Source of the DNA: Deltaproteobacteria bacterium GWC2_65_14
GTDB lineage: Bacteria; Desulfobacterota; Deferrimicrobia; Deferrimicrobiales; Deferrimicrobiaceae
Direction: 5' to 3'
Assembly (NCBI GenBank): GCA_001797615.1
Contig: MGPV01000022.1
Location: forward strand, 5,311 to 69,310
DNA length: 64,000 nucleotides
Part shown: positions 25,110 through 34,173 of the stretch, in pieces
How positions within the stretch are numbered: the stretch's first letter is position 1
Layout: each line of letters starts with the position of its first letter
The notes under the pieces: generated by a model
What the model was told of the DNA's origin: nothing
Databases searched by the model: none
What the model saw: the letters and a program-made list of their open reading frames with translations, nothing else
Position numbers and translations under genes: made by a program

Positions 25110-26402
25110 ATGGGTCTGAAGATCCTGGTGGTGGGGAGCGGGGGGCGGGAGCACGCCCTGGTCTGGAAGATCGCCCAGAGCCCGCTGGTGGAGAAGATCT
25201 ATGCGGCCCCGGGGAATCCGGGGATGGCGAAGGAGGCCGAGCTCGTTTCCGTTTCCGTGGAGGACCTCCCCGGGATCGCCGCCTTCGCCGCGGGGAAGCG
25301 GATCGACCTTACGGTCGTCGGCCCCGAGGCGCCGCTGGCCAAGGGGCTTACCGACCTGCTGGTCGCGAAGGGGCTGCTCGTGTGCGGGCCGAGCGGGGCG
25401 GCGGCGCAACTCGAGGGCTCCAAGGTGTTCACGAAGAGGATCCTGGCCAAGTACCGGATCCCGACCGCCGCGTTCCGGGAGTTCGACGAATTCGACGACG
25501 CGCAGCACTACGTGCTCTCCCACAGGCTGCCGGTGGTGATCAAGGCGGACGGCCTGGCGGCGGGGAAGGGAGTCGCGGTCGCGGGGACCTACGAGGAGGC
25601 GGTCGCCTTCCTCCGGGACGTGATGGAGAAGCGGGTGTTCGGCGCGGCGGGGGAGCGGGTGGTGGTGGAGGAGTGCCTCACGGGGGAGGAGGCCTCCTAT
25701 ATCGTCTTCACCGACGGGGAGAAGATCGTGCCGCTGCCTTCCTCGCAGGACCACAAGCGGATCGGGGACGGCGACTCGGGACCGAATACCGGCGGGATGG
25801 GGGCCTACTCCCCGGCTCCCGTGGTGACCCCGGAGGTCGAGGCGAAGATCCTCGGGAAGATTTTCGAGCCGCTCCTGGCGGGGATGCGCGCGGAGGGGAC
25901 CCCGTTCCGGGGGATCCTCTACGGCGGGCTGATGATCGAGCGGGGGGAGCCCAAGGTGCTCGAGTTCAACGTCCGGTTCGGCGACCCGGAGGCGCAGCCG
26001 CTCTTCCTGCGCCTGAAAAGCGACCTGGTCCCGCTGCTGGTCCAGTGCGCGCAGGGGAAGATCACCGACGCCGTCATGGAGATCGATCCCCGCCCGACGG
26101 TCTGCATCGTGATGTCCTCCGGCGGCTATCCCGGGTCGTACCGGAAGGGCTTCCCGATCGCCGGGATCCGGGAGGCGGAAGGCGAAGGCGGGGTCGTGGT
26201 GTTCCACGCGGGGACCGCGCTCCGGGACGGGTCGCTCGTCACCAACGGGGGGCGGGTCCTCGGGGTGACGGCGGTGGACGACGACATCGCGAGCGCCATC
26301 GCCCGGGGGTACCGGGCGGCCGGGAAGATCCGGTGGGAGGGGGCCTACTACCGGACCGACATCGGGAAAAAGGCGCTGCTGCGGGGGGGGGGAACGCCAT
26401 GA
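25110..26402 (+). CDS. purD: phosphoribosylamine--glycine ligase
   Basis: 430 aa MGLKILVVGSGGREHALVWKIAQSP... Confidence 0.95.
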   Translation: MGLKILVVGSGGREHALVWKIAQSPLVEKIYAAPGNPGMAKEAELVSVSVEDLPGIAAFAAGKRIDLTVVGPEAPLAKGLTDLLVAKGLLVCGPSGAAAQLEGSKVFTKRILAKYRIPTAAFREFDEFDDAQHYVLSHRLPVVIKADGLAAGKGVAVAGTYEEAVAFLRDVMEKRVFGAAGERVVVEECLTGEEASYIVFTDGEKIVPLPSSQDHKRIGDGDSGPNTGGMGAYSPAPVVTPEVEAKILGKIFEPLLAGMRAEGTPFRGILYGGLMIERGEPKVLEFNVRFGDPEAQPLFLRLKSDLVPLLVQCAQGKITDAVMEIDPRPTVCIVMSSGGYPGSYRKGFPIAGIREAEGEGGVVVFHAGTALRDGSLVTNGGRVLGVTAVDDDIASAIARGYRAAGKIRWEGAYYRTDIGKKALLRGGGTP

Positions 26403-26887
26403 ACGGCAAGGTCCTCATCCTGATGGGATCCAGTTCGGACGCGGAGGTGATGAAGGAGGCCGCCGGGGTGCTTTCCGGGTTCGGCATTCCCCATGCCCTG
26501 GTCGTCACCTCGGCTCACCGTTCGCCGGAGCGCACCCGAAAGATCGTCCGGGATGCGGAGAAGGACGGCATCTCGGTCATCATCGCGGGGGCGGGCGCCG
26601 CGGCGCACCTGGCCGGTGTCGTGGCCGCGGAAACGGCCCTGCCGGTCATCGGGGTCCCCCTGGCGAATTCCCCGCTGGCGGGCTTCGACTCCCTGCTCTC
26701 CACCGTGCAGATGCCGGCCGGGGTCCCGGTCGCGACGGTGGCGGTCGGAAAGGCGGGGGCCCGCAACGCGGGCCATCTCGCGGCGCGGATCCTCGCGCTG
26801 TCCTCCCCGGAGCTGATGGCCCGGGTGCAGGACCACCGGAAGAAGATGGCGGAGGCCGTCGCCGCGTCGGCCGACGAGGTGCGATGA
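26399..26887 (+). CDS. purE: N5-carboxyaminoimidazole ribonucleotide mutase
   Basis: 162 aa MNGKVLILMGSSSDAEVMKEA...VIIAGAGAAAHLAGVVAAETALPVIGVP; ATG overlaps purD stop. Confidence 0.9.
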   Translation: MNGKVLILMGSSSDAEVMKEAAGVLSGFGIPHALVVTSAHRSPERTRKIVRDAEKDGISVIIAGAGAAAHLAGVVAAETALPVIGVPLANSPLAGFDSLLSTVQMPAGVPVATVAVGKAGARNAGHLAARILALSSPELMARVQDHRKKMAEAVAASADEVR

Positions 26888-26924
26888 CCGGTTCGCCGGT
26901 CCCCGGCGGCGGAGCGAGGAGGAG

Positions 26925-27578
26925 ATGACGCAGCTGTTCCGGATCGCGGCCGGAGCCCGCGGCCTGCTCCCCCCGGGGGTTTTCCGCTCCCTTCGGTCCG
27001 GCGGGCTGGTGGTCTTTCCCACGGACACTCTGTACGGTCTGGGGGCCGATCCCGGATCCGCCGCGGCGCTCGAGGCGCTGTTTTCCCTCAAGGGACGGGA
27101 GGAAGGGAAGCCGGTCCCCCTGCTCCTGGACTCCGCGGAGAGGGCCTGGGCCTTCGCGGCGGAGGTTCCCGAGGCGGCCCGGCGGCTGATGGAGCGGTTC
27201 TGGCCGGGGGCGCTCACGATCGTCCTTCCCGCATCTCCCCGCCTCCTTCCCGCGGTCGCGGGGCCGGGGAGAACGGTCGGGCTCCGGGTTCCGGACCACC
27301 CGGTTCCCCGGGCGCTCGCGAAGGCGCTCGGAGGGGCGGTGACGGGGACCTCGGCCAACCGGTCGGGCAGTCCGGCCCGCTGGCAGGAGCCGGAGGCGAT
27401 CGCCCGCGAGTTCGCGGGGAGGGTGGAGTGGATCCTGTGGGACGGACCCTCCCCGGCCGGGAGGGAGGGCGGGGGCCCGGGATCGACCGTCGTGTCCGTG
27501 GAGAATGACCGCCTTTGCCTTCTGAGGGAAGGGGAGATCCCCTTCCGGAGCATCACAGACCACCAACCGAAAGGGTGA
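26925..27578 (+). CDS. tsaC: L-threonylcarbamoyladenylate synthase (YrdC/TsaC family)
   Basis: 217 aa ...GGLVVFPTDTLYGLGADP... Confidence 0.8.
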   Translation: MTQLFRIAAGARGLLPPGVFRSLRSGGLVVFPTDTLYGLGADPGSAAALEALFSLKGREEGKPVPLLLDSAERAWAFAAEVPEAARRLMERFWPGALTIVLPASPRLLPAVAGPGRTVGLRVPDHPVPRALAKALGGAVTGTSANRSGSPARWQEPEAIAREFAGRVEWILWDGPSPAGREGGGPGSTVVSVENDRLCLLREGEIPFRSITDHQPKG

Positions 27579-27583
27579 GGAAC

Positions 27584-28912
27584 ATGACCATCGTTTCTCC
27601 GTTCCGGGGGATCCATTACGATCCCTCCCGCGTGAAGGATCTCTCGCAGGTCGTGACCCAGCCCTACGACGTGATCTCCCCGGAGGAACAGGCACAGCTG
27701 CACGAACGCCACCCGCGGAACATCGTCCACGTGGACTTCGGCCTGGACCGGCCTGGGGACGGTCCGGCGGAGAACAAGTACACCCGGGCCGCCGCGCGAT
27801 ACCGGGAATGGCTGGCCGAGGGGACGCTGGTGCAGGACCCCTCCCCCGCCTTCTACTACTACGAGCAGGAGTTCACGATCCCGGGGCAGGGAACCTTCGT
27901 CCGGAAGGGGTTCCTCGGGGCTCTGCGGCTGTCGGCCTTCGGGGAGGGGATGGTCTACCCGCACGAAAAGACCCACTCGCGACCCAAGGAGGACCGGCTC
28001 TCCCTCATGCGGACGACGGAGGCGAACATGAGCCCCATCTTCGCGCTCTATTCGGATCCGTCCGGCGGGGTGGCGAAGGCGCTGCGCGAGAGGTTGCCGA
28101 AAACTCCCGGCTTCTCCGCCACCGACGACCTGGGGGTGAAGCACCGGGTGTGGAAGGTCGACGATCCCGGGGCCGTCTCCTCCGCGGCAAGGGGAATGCG
28201 GGACAAGAAGGTGTTCATTGCCGACGGGCACCATCGCTACGAGACGGCGCTCGCCTACCGGGACGAGATGCGGAAGGTGCACGGTTCCCGAGAAAACGCC
28301 GCCCACGAGCATGTCCTCATGTTCCTGTGCAACATGGATGTCGAGGGGATCGTCATCCTGCCGACGCACCGAGGGATCCACTCCGTCCCGGGATTCTCGG
28401 AGGAGGAGTTCGCATCCCGGGTGAAGGCCCATCTCCCGATGGAGACGCGGAAGGGGACGCCGGAGGACGCGATGCGGGCGGTGGCCGAGAAGGGGAAGCA
28501 GGCCAAGACGATCGGCTGGAGCGCGGGGGGCGGCCGGTTTCACCTGGTCACCTTCCCCGACACCGGGCGGCTCGGCGAGAAGCACCTGTCGCGCTTCCCC
28601 CGCGAGCTCCGCACCCTGGACGTGGTGTTCCTCCACGGGATGATGCTCGAGGAACTTCTCGGGATCTCCCCGGAGGCGGTGACCGCCGGGCAGTTCGTGA
28701 AGTATTACAAGGAGCCTGCGAAGACCGCCTCCGACCTCGACCGCGGGGCGATCCAGGCCGCCTTCTTCCTGAACCCGGTCACGATGGAGGAGTTCCGGGA
28801 CGTTTCCCTGTCCGGTCACGTGCTTCCGCAGAAGACCACCTTCTTCTACCCGAAGATCCTGACCGGCCTGCTGATCTTCTCCTCGCGGGGGGATGACCGG
28901 GTTCCCGGATAG
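27584..28912 (+). CDS. DUF1015 family protein
   Basis: 442 aa MTIVSPFRGIHYDPSRVKDLSQVVTQPYDVIS...; RBS GGTGAGG. Confidence 0.7.
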   Translation: MTIVSPFRGIHYDPSRVKDLSQVVTQPYDVISPEEQAQLHERHPRNIVHVDFGLDRPGDGPAENKYTRAAARYREWLAEGTLVQDPSPAFYYYEQEFTIPGQGTFVRKGFLGALRLSAFGEGMVYPHEKTHSRPKEDRLSLMRTTEANMSPIFALYSDPSGGVAKALRERLPKTPGFSATDDLGVKHRVWKVDDPGAVSSAARGMRDKKVFIADGHHRYETALAYRDEMRKVHGSRENAAHEHVLMFLCNMDVEGIVILPTHRGIHSVPGFSEEEFASRVKAHLPMETRKGTPEDAMRAVAEKGKQAKTIGWSAGGGRFHLVTFPDTGRLGEKHLSRFPRELRTLDVVFLHGMMLEELLGISPEAVTAGQFVKYYKEPAKTASDLDRGAIQAAFFLNPVTMEEFRDVSLSGHVLPQKTTFFYPKILTGLLIFSSRGDDRVPG

Positions 28913-29696
28913 GCCGGAAGGAAGCGGCGGAGGCGGGAAGCGGGGCTCCGGCCGGAGCCGTACCGTCCCGGGGTCTCCGCCGCCCGGGATCTTTTCCTCC
29001 CTCATCGTCCGCCAGCCGCGCGAAGGGTACCGGTTCTCCATCGACTCCGTCCTGCTGGCCGACTTTGCCGCGGACTACTGCGGGGAGAGGGTGCTCGACC
29101 TGGGGACCGGGGCGGGGGTGATCCTGCTCCTCCTGGCCGGGATCCGCGGCGACCTCAGGGAAGGCGTCGGCGTCGAGATCCAGGAGGAGCTGTGGCGGGC
29201 CGCCGCGGAGAACATCGGGGAGAACGGGCTTTCGGGGCGTCTTTCCGCGCGGCTCGGGGATTTCCGGGAGAAGATCCCGGGACTGCGCGCCGGGTCGTTC
29301 CACCTCGTGGTCTCGAACCCCCCTTTCCGCCGGATCGGCGAGGGGAGGAGGAACCCCGACCGGAGGAAGGAGATCGCCCGCCACGAGATCGCCTGCACCT
29401 TCCCGGATCTGTTCGCCGCCGCCCGCAGGTACCTGGCTCCCCGGGGGGCGTTCGCGATGGTCTCCCCCGCGGCGCGGATCCCGGAGATCCTCGCCCTGGC
29501 CGCCGCCTCGGGCCTGGCGCCGGCCGCCCTGAGGCTCGTGCATCCCTTCGCCGACGCGCCCTCCAACCGGGTGCTCTTCGCCGGGATCCGGGGAGCCTCC
29601 CGGGATCCGGTCTTTCTTCCACCCCTCGTGGTCTATGCGGAGCCCGGCCGTTACCACCCCGAAACGGAGCGGATCCTCGCGGGGCGCCGGCCGTAG
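28893..29696 (+). CDS. SAM-dependent methyltransferase, tRNA (adenine-N6) methyltransferase YfiC/TrmN6-like
   Basis: VLDLGTGAGVILLLLA (motif I) and VVSNPPF (N6-adenine MTase motif IV). Confidence 0.65.
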   Translation: MTGFPDRPEGSGGGGKRGSGRSRTVPGSPPPGIFSSLIVRQPREGYRFSIDSVLLADFAADYCGERVLDLGTGAGVILLLLAGIRGDLREGVGVEIQEELWRAAAENIGENGLSGRLSARLGDFREKIPGLRAGSFHLVVSNPPFRRIGEGRRNPDRRKEIARHEIACTFPDLFAAARRYLAPRGAFAMVSPAARIPEILALAAASGLAPAALRLVHPFADAPSNRVLFAGIRGASRDPVFLPPLVVYAEPGRYHPETERILAGRRP

Positions 29697-29699
29697 CCG

Positions 29700-30149
29700 C
29701 TATTCCTTCCTCCGGGAGGATTTCCTGCAGATCGACCGCAGGAGCTCCCGCGTCTCGGGATCCCGGATCCCGTCGAGTTCGTCCGGAGAACGGAGCGGGG
29801 GAACCTCCCCGCGTTCCGGTTCTCCCCCCGCCGGGGACGGATCCTTCCCGGAGGGCGAAACCGGACCCACGACGAACCGGAGATCCCGGATCTTTCCCTC
29901 CCCGAGCGCGGCCTCGATCCTGCCGAGCAGGACCGGCTTGGAGAGCTGCAGTTCCTGTGCCCAGGAGGGGTTGAGGACGTGGACCGTGAGGACGCCGCTG
30001 CGGACCCGGAAAGGGCGGGCCTTCCCGGCGAGGAGGGGACCGGCGATCTCCCCCCAGGCGCGGGAGAGGGATACCTGGAGCGCCACCGCCGGCAGCCCCG
30101 CGGAGGCGAGCAGCTTCTCCAGCGTCCGGGACAGCTTCTCCGTGGCCAT
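29700..30149 (-). CDS. DUF721-family protein (DciA-like)
   Basis: 149 aa MATEKLSRTLEKLLASAGLPAVALQVSLSRAWGEIAGPLLAGKARPFRVRSGVLTVHVLNPSWAQELQ...; start overlaps upstream stop. Confidence 0.55.
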   Translation of the reverse strand: MATEKLSRTLEKLLASAGLPAVALQVSLSRAWGEIAGPLLAGKARPFRVRSGVLTVHVLNPSWAQELQLSKPVLLGRIEAALGEGKIRDLRFVVGPVSPSGKDPSPAGGEPERGEVPPLRSPDELDGIRDPETRELLRSICRKSSRRKE

Positions 30150-30427
30150 CAGCTCGCCGGCTCCTTCCGGCGCCGGACTCTCCCCCCGATCACCTGTCCC
30201 GCGATGGCGAAGAGGATGAACAGGGGGATGAACCATGCGCTCAGGTGGCTTTCGATTCGCAGGAAGGCGACCAGCGGGATGGAGAGATGGATATACACGA
30301 ACCACCCGAGGGAGAACTTCCGTCTCCCCTCCCGCAGGTACCCCAGCGGCACGTTTACCGACAGGGCTGCCAGCCCGATCAGGATCAAGGCGAGACGGGG
30401 ATCCGCTTGTTGGATGATGAAGGACAT
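30149..30427 (-). CDS. small integral membrane protein (2-3 TM)
   Basis: 92 aa MSFIIQQADPRLALILIGLAALSVNVPLGY...LSIPLVAFLRIESHLSAWFIPLFILFAIAG; stop/start overlap TGATG with downstream gene. Confidence 0.45.
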   Translation of the reverse strand: MSFIIQQADPRLALILIGLAALSVNVPLGYLREGRRKFSLGWFVYIHLSIPLVAFLRIESHLSAWFIPLFILFAIAGQVIGGRVRRRKEPAS

Positions 30428-30491
30428 TCCGGCCGCTCTCTCCGATTATAATGGATCCTGTCCGATTCCGGCATTTTTTGGAGGAAACCGG

Positions 30492-30758
30492 TTGGGTCGC
30501 TCCGCGGTTCCCGAAGTCGTCCTGATCTTCCGGGGGACGCACCAGGTCCTGTCGGCCGAGAAGCAGCTGAAGCGGGCGGGGGTCCCCATGCGGCTCATCC
30601 CGGTGCCGAGGCGGCTTTCCTCCGACTGCGGTCTCGCCATCCGGATCTTCCCCCCGGGCAGGGGGGCTGCGAAGGAAGTTCTCTCGCGTTCCGGGATCCT
30701 GCCGAAATCGGTACATATTTTGCGTAACACGGGGGAGTACGACGAGGAACCCCTGTAA
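30492..30758 (+). CDS. DUF3343-like small protein
   Basis: 88 aa from TTG 30492 (GGAGGA 6 nt upstream): ...VVLIFRGTHQVLSAEKQLKRAGVPMRLIPVPRRLSSDCGLAIRI... Confidence 0.5.
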   Translation: MGRSAVPEVVLIFRGTHQVLSAEKQLKRAGVPMRLIPVPRRLSSDCGLAIRIFPPGRGAAKEVLSRSGILPKSVHILRNTGEYDEEPL

Positions 30759-30791
30759 GGGGGACTACTGTTTCCGCGGGAGAAATCGATG

Positions 30792-30820
30792 TTGACTTTC
30801 GGAAATTTCTTAAATAAAAT
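30792..30820 (+). promoter_or_regulatory. sigma70-like promoter TTGACT-N17-TAAAAT upstream of mltD
   Basis: ttgactTTCGGAAATTTCTTAAAtaaaat in a local AT-rich island; first in-frame ATG (30831) only about 4-10 nt after predicted TSS. Confidence 0.5.
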
Positions 30821-30830
30821 GCCAACTTAT

Positions 30831-32462
30831 ATGAGTGCTCACGGAGGGGAGTTGGGGGAGCGCAGACGGTTCTCCAGGACAGCGGGACTGACAATTCTTG
30901 TCGGTCTGCTGGCGTTGTCCGGCCCGGTTTCGGCAGCGGAAACAGTGCGGTTTTCCATGCTACCCACCTTTTTGAAGACTCCGGACGCGGTTTCCGTCAC
31001 GGGGGCAGACCCCGGTTCCGTCCTTCTCCCCAGGCAGAACGACGAGGCGTTGGATCGTCACCGTTCCCCCGGGATCCCGGGGACTGACACGATGGCTCTT
31101 GCCGCCGTGCCTGCGCCCGCTCCGGCGGGCAGTCGTCCGGCCGAGCGTTCCCGGCTCGATTTCGTCCTCTCTCCCGGGGATCTCGACGGCGCGATCGCCG
31201 GGAACGAGGAGACGGAAGCCGTCGAGGAGCTGGACGGCCGGTTCTTCACCAACCCCCTGGAGGAGATCGAGAAGGGGGAGGAGGGGAACTACGCGGGGCT
31301 GACCGCCCGGATCGGGAAGTTCACCCACTATTTCCAGAACCGGGGAAGGGAACGCTTCGAGATCTGGCTGGCCCGGTCCGGGAAGTATTCCGAGATGATG
31401 CGGCGGATCCTGGCGCAATACGGGCTCCCCGGGGACCTGGTCTACCTGGCGCTGATCGAAAGCGGGTTCTCCCCGAAGGCCTACTCGGTGGCGCGAGCCG
31501 CGGGCCCCTGGCAGTTCATCGCCGGCACCGCCCGGCGGTACAAGCTTCGGGTGGACTGGTGGGTGGACGAGCGGCGCGACTACGAGAAGGCGACCCATGC
31601 GGCGGCCTCCTACCTTCGGGACCTCTACGGGATGTTCGATTCTTGGCCGCTGGCCGCGGCCGCCTACAACGCCGGGGAGATGAGGATCAAGAAGGCGGTG
31701 GCCCGCTACAAGACCGACGACTACGCGCAGCTGATCCGCCACCGGTATCTCTCCAGGGAGACGAAGGACTACGTCCCGAAGATGCTGGCCGCCTTGAGCA
31801 TCGCCAAGGAGCCGGAGCAGTACGGGTTTGGGGATGTCCAATACGAGGACCCGCTGGAATTCGACCGGGCGACCGTACCGGGCGGCACCGACCTGGCGGC
31901 GCTGGGCAGGATCCTCGGCGTGGAGGCCGGGTCGCTGCGGGAGTGGAACCCGGAGCTGCGGCGGTTCTGCACCCCCCCGAACCGGGAGGAATACGAGATC
32001 CGGCTTCCGAAGGGATTCGGCCCGGTCGCCGCGGAGCGGATGGAAGAGATCCGCAGCGCGGCGAAGGTGACCTTCCTCTCTCACCCGGTGCGGAGGGGGG
32101 AGACGCTCGCCTCCCTGTCCGGCAAGTACGGCACTCCCGTTTCCGTGCTGCACGAGATCAACGGTCTCCGCGGGGATTCCCTGAGCCGGGTTCCCCGCGT
32201 GATCGTTCCGGTGACCGGCCTCTCCGAGGAGGATTCGGTCCCCGGGAAGGAGATCTCACCCGACCAGCTCCGGCTCGCGCACATGCGGGTGGACGAGGGG
32301 TACCGGAAGGGCCGGACGGTGCGGGTCCGCAAGGGCGACACCCTGTCGAAGATCGCCCGGCAGGCGGGGGTGTCGGTCCGGTCGCTGATGCGTGCTAACG
32401 GGATCCAGGAGGCCGGCATGATCCGCGCCGGGAGCCTGATCCGGATTCCCCGGGAGTCCTGA
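30831..32462 (+). CDS. mltD: membrane-bound lytic murein transglycosylase D-like (SLT domain + LysM repeats)
   Basis: signal peptide MSAHGG...LTILVGLLALSGPVSAAE; SLT motifs LALIESGFSP / AAGPWQFIAGTARRY / AYNAGE; C-terminal LysM-like repeats; start uncertain (30789/30819/30831 in frame). Confidence 0.8.
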   Translation: MSAHGGELGERRRFSRTAGLTILVGLLALSGPVSAAETVRFSMLPTFLKTPDAVSVTGADPGSVLLPRQNDEALDRHRSPGIPGTDTMALAAVPAPAPAGSRPAERSRLDFVLSPGDLDGAIAGNEETEAVEELDGRFFTNPLEEIEKGEEGNYAGLTARIGKFTHYFQNRGRERFEIWLARSGKYSEMMRRILAQYGLPGDLVYLALIESGFSPKAYSVARAAGPWQFIAGTARRYKLRVDWWVDERRDYEKATHAAASYLRDLYGMFDSWPLAAAAYNAGEMRIKKAVARYKTDDYAQLIRHRYLSRETKDYVPKMLAALSIAKEPEQYGFGDVQYEDPLEFDRATVPGGTDLAALGRILGVEAGSLREWNPELRRFCTPPNREEYEIRLPKGFGPVAAERMEEIRSAAKVTFLSHPVRRGETLASLSGKYGTPVSVLHEINGLRGDSLSRVPRVIVPVTGLSEEDSVPGKEISPDQLRLAHMRVDEGYRKGRTVRVRKGDTLSKIARQAGVSVRSLMRANGIQEAGMIRAGSLIRIPRES

Positions 32463-32463
32463 C

Positions 32464-33624
32464 CTGCCCCGTTCGACCGTACCGATCTACCTGGACAACG
32501 CCGCAACGTCCCTGCCCAAGCCCGGAGGCGTCGCCGCGGCGGTCGCCGCGGCGATCCAACGCGCCGGAAATCCGGGGCGGTCCGGGCATGCCCTGTCCAT
32601 CCGGTCGGCGAGGGACCTCTTCCACGCGCGGGAAAAGCTCGCGGAGCTCTTCGGCGGGGCGGACAGCTCCCGATTCGTGTTCACGGAGAACGCCACGGTC
32701 GCCCTGAACCTGGCGATCAAGGGGCTGCTTAGGCCGGGGGACCATGCGGTGACCACCTCGGTCGAGCACAACTCGGTAACGCGTCCCCTGCGCAGGATGC
32801 AGGAGGCGGGCGTGTCGGTGACCGTGGTCCCGGCGGACTCCACCGGCGCCGTTTCCGCCGGGGCGGTGGCTTCCGCGATCCGCCGGGAGACGCGGCTCGT
32901 CTGCCTCGTGCACGCCTCCAACGTGGCCGGGGCGATCCAGCCCGCCGCGGGAGTCGTCCGCGCAGCCCGCCGCGCGGGCGCCTTCACCCTCCTGGACGCC
33001 TCCCAGACGGCCGGCTCGATCCCCATCTCCGTCCGGGATCTCCCGGTCGACCTGCTCGCGGCGCCCGGGCACAAGGGGCTGCTGGGGCCCCAGGGAACCG
33101 GATTCCTCTACGTGCGGGAGGGGGTGCCGCTCGTTCCGCTGATCGAGGGGGGGACCGGGAGCCGCTCGGAATCGGACCGGCAGCCCGACTTCCTCCCGGA
33201 CGCTCTCGAGTCGGGGACCCCGAACAGCGTGGGGATCGCCGGGCTGGGCGTCTCCCTTTCCTGGCTGCTTCGGAAAGGGGTGGAGACGGTCCGCCGAAAG
33301 GAGGAGACGCACCTGGCGGTTCTGCTGGAGGGGATGGGGCGGATCCCCGGCGTCACGGTCTTCGGTCCGCGCGATCCCTTCCGGCGGATCTCGGTCGTTT
33401 CCTTCATCGTCGAGGGAAAGGACTCTGGGAAGGTGGGGCTTCGGCTGGAGAAGGAGTTCGGGATCCTGGTCCGGGCGGGGCTCCACTGCTCGCCCGGCTC
33501 CCACCGCACCCTGGGGACCTTCCCGGAAGGAACCGTGCGGGTGAGCCCGGGCCCCTTCACCACGAGGCGGGAGATCGTAGCCTTCCTCGAGGCTCTGCGG
33601 AAGATCGCCGGGTCCCGGCGGTAA
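32464..33624 (+). CDS. class V aminotransferase / cysteine desulfurase-like PLP enzyme; no canonical start codon (provisional CTG start)
   Basis: N-terminus ...PIYLDNAATSLPKPGG...; the frame opens after TGA at 32437-32439 and has no ATG/GTG/TTG until GTG 32677. Confidence 0.65.
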   Translation: MPRSTVPIYLDNAATSLPKPGGVAAAVAAAIQRAGNPGRSGHALSIRSARDLFHAREKLAELFGGADSSRFVFTENATVALNLAIKGLLRPGDHAVTTSVEHNSVTRPLRRMQEAGVSVTVVPADSTGAVSAGAVASAIRRETRLVCLVHASNVAGAIQPAAGVVRAARRAGAFTLLDASQTAGSIPISVRDLPVDLLAAPGHKGLLGPQGTGFLYVREGVPLVPLIEGGTGSRSESDRQPDFLPDALESGTPNSVGIAGLGVSLSWLLRKGVETVRRKEETHLAVLLEGMGRIPGVTVFGPRDPFRRISVVSFIVEGKDSGKVGLRLEKEFGILVRAGLHCSPGSHRTLGTFPEGTVRVSPGPFTTRREIVAFLEALRKIAGSRR

Positions 33625-33645
33625 GGCCTCCCCGGAGCCGGGGGG

Positions 33646-34173
33646 TCACTTCCTTCCCGCGGCCGCCCTTCCCGCGCGAGTAAGGATGGCGGTGGTGGAT
33701 CTGCCGGGAAGGAACCGGATCGTCCTCACCTTCCCACCCCTCGCCCGGACGAAGTCGGCCCCGACAATCTCCTTCCCTTTCCAGTCGCCCCCTTTTACCA
33801 GGATATCGGGAGCCACCTCCTCGATCAGCGCCGCCGGCGTGTCCTCGGAGAAGACGACCACGAAGGAAACCGCCTGAAGCGAGGCGAGCAGGTAGGCCCG
33901 GTCGGCCGCCGGCTGGAGCGGCCGCCCCGCCCCTTTCAGCCGCCGTACGGAGGCGTCGCTGTTCACCCCCACCACGAGGAGGTCGCCCAGGGAGGCCGCT
34001 TTCCGGAGGTACTGCGCATGCCCGGCGTGGAGGATGTCGAAGCAGCCGTTCGTGAAGACGAGCCGTTTCCCCCGCCCGCGGAGGCGTTCGCCGAGCCCCC
34101 GGACGGACTTCCGGGGAACTACCTTGGCGGCCGGGTCCTGCGGTAGGCCCGCTCGTTCCGGTCCTTTGCGCAC
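33646..34173 (-). CDS. D-beta-D-heptose 1-phosphate adenylyltransferase (RfaE domain II / HldE C-terminal-like cytidylyltransferase)
   Basis: 175 aa from GTG 34173 (AGGAGG 5 nt upstream): ...KRLVFTNGCFDILHAGHAQYL... Confidence 0.75.
   Translation of the reverse strand: MRKGPERAGLPQDPAAKVVPRKSVRGLGERLRGRGKRLVFTNGCFDILHAGHAQYLRKAASLGDLLVVGVNSDASVRRLKGAGRPLQPAADRAYLLASLQAVSFVVVFSEDTPAALIEEVAPDILVKGGDWKGKEIVGADFVRARGGKVRTIRFLPGRSTTAILTRAGRAAAGRK

Noticed and set aside
30428-30491. Palindromic ATTATAAT element as a bidirectional promoter between the small membrane-protein gene and the DUF3343 gene
   Set aside because: The -10 is good on both strands, but no acceptable -35 is present on either side and spacing to the start codons is very short. 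It was left as unsupported.
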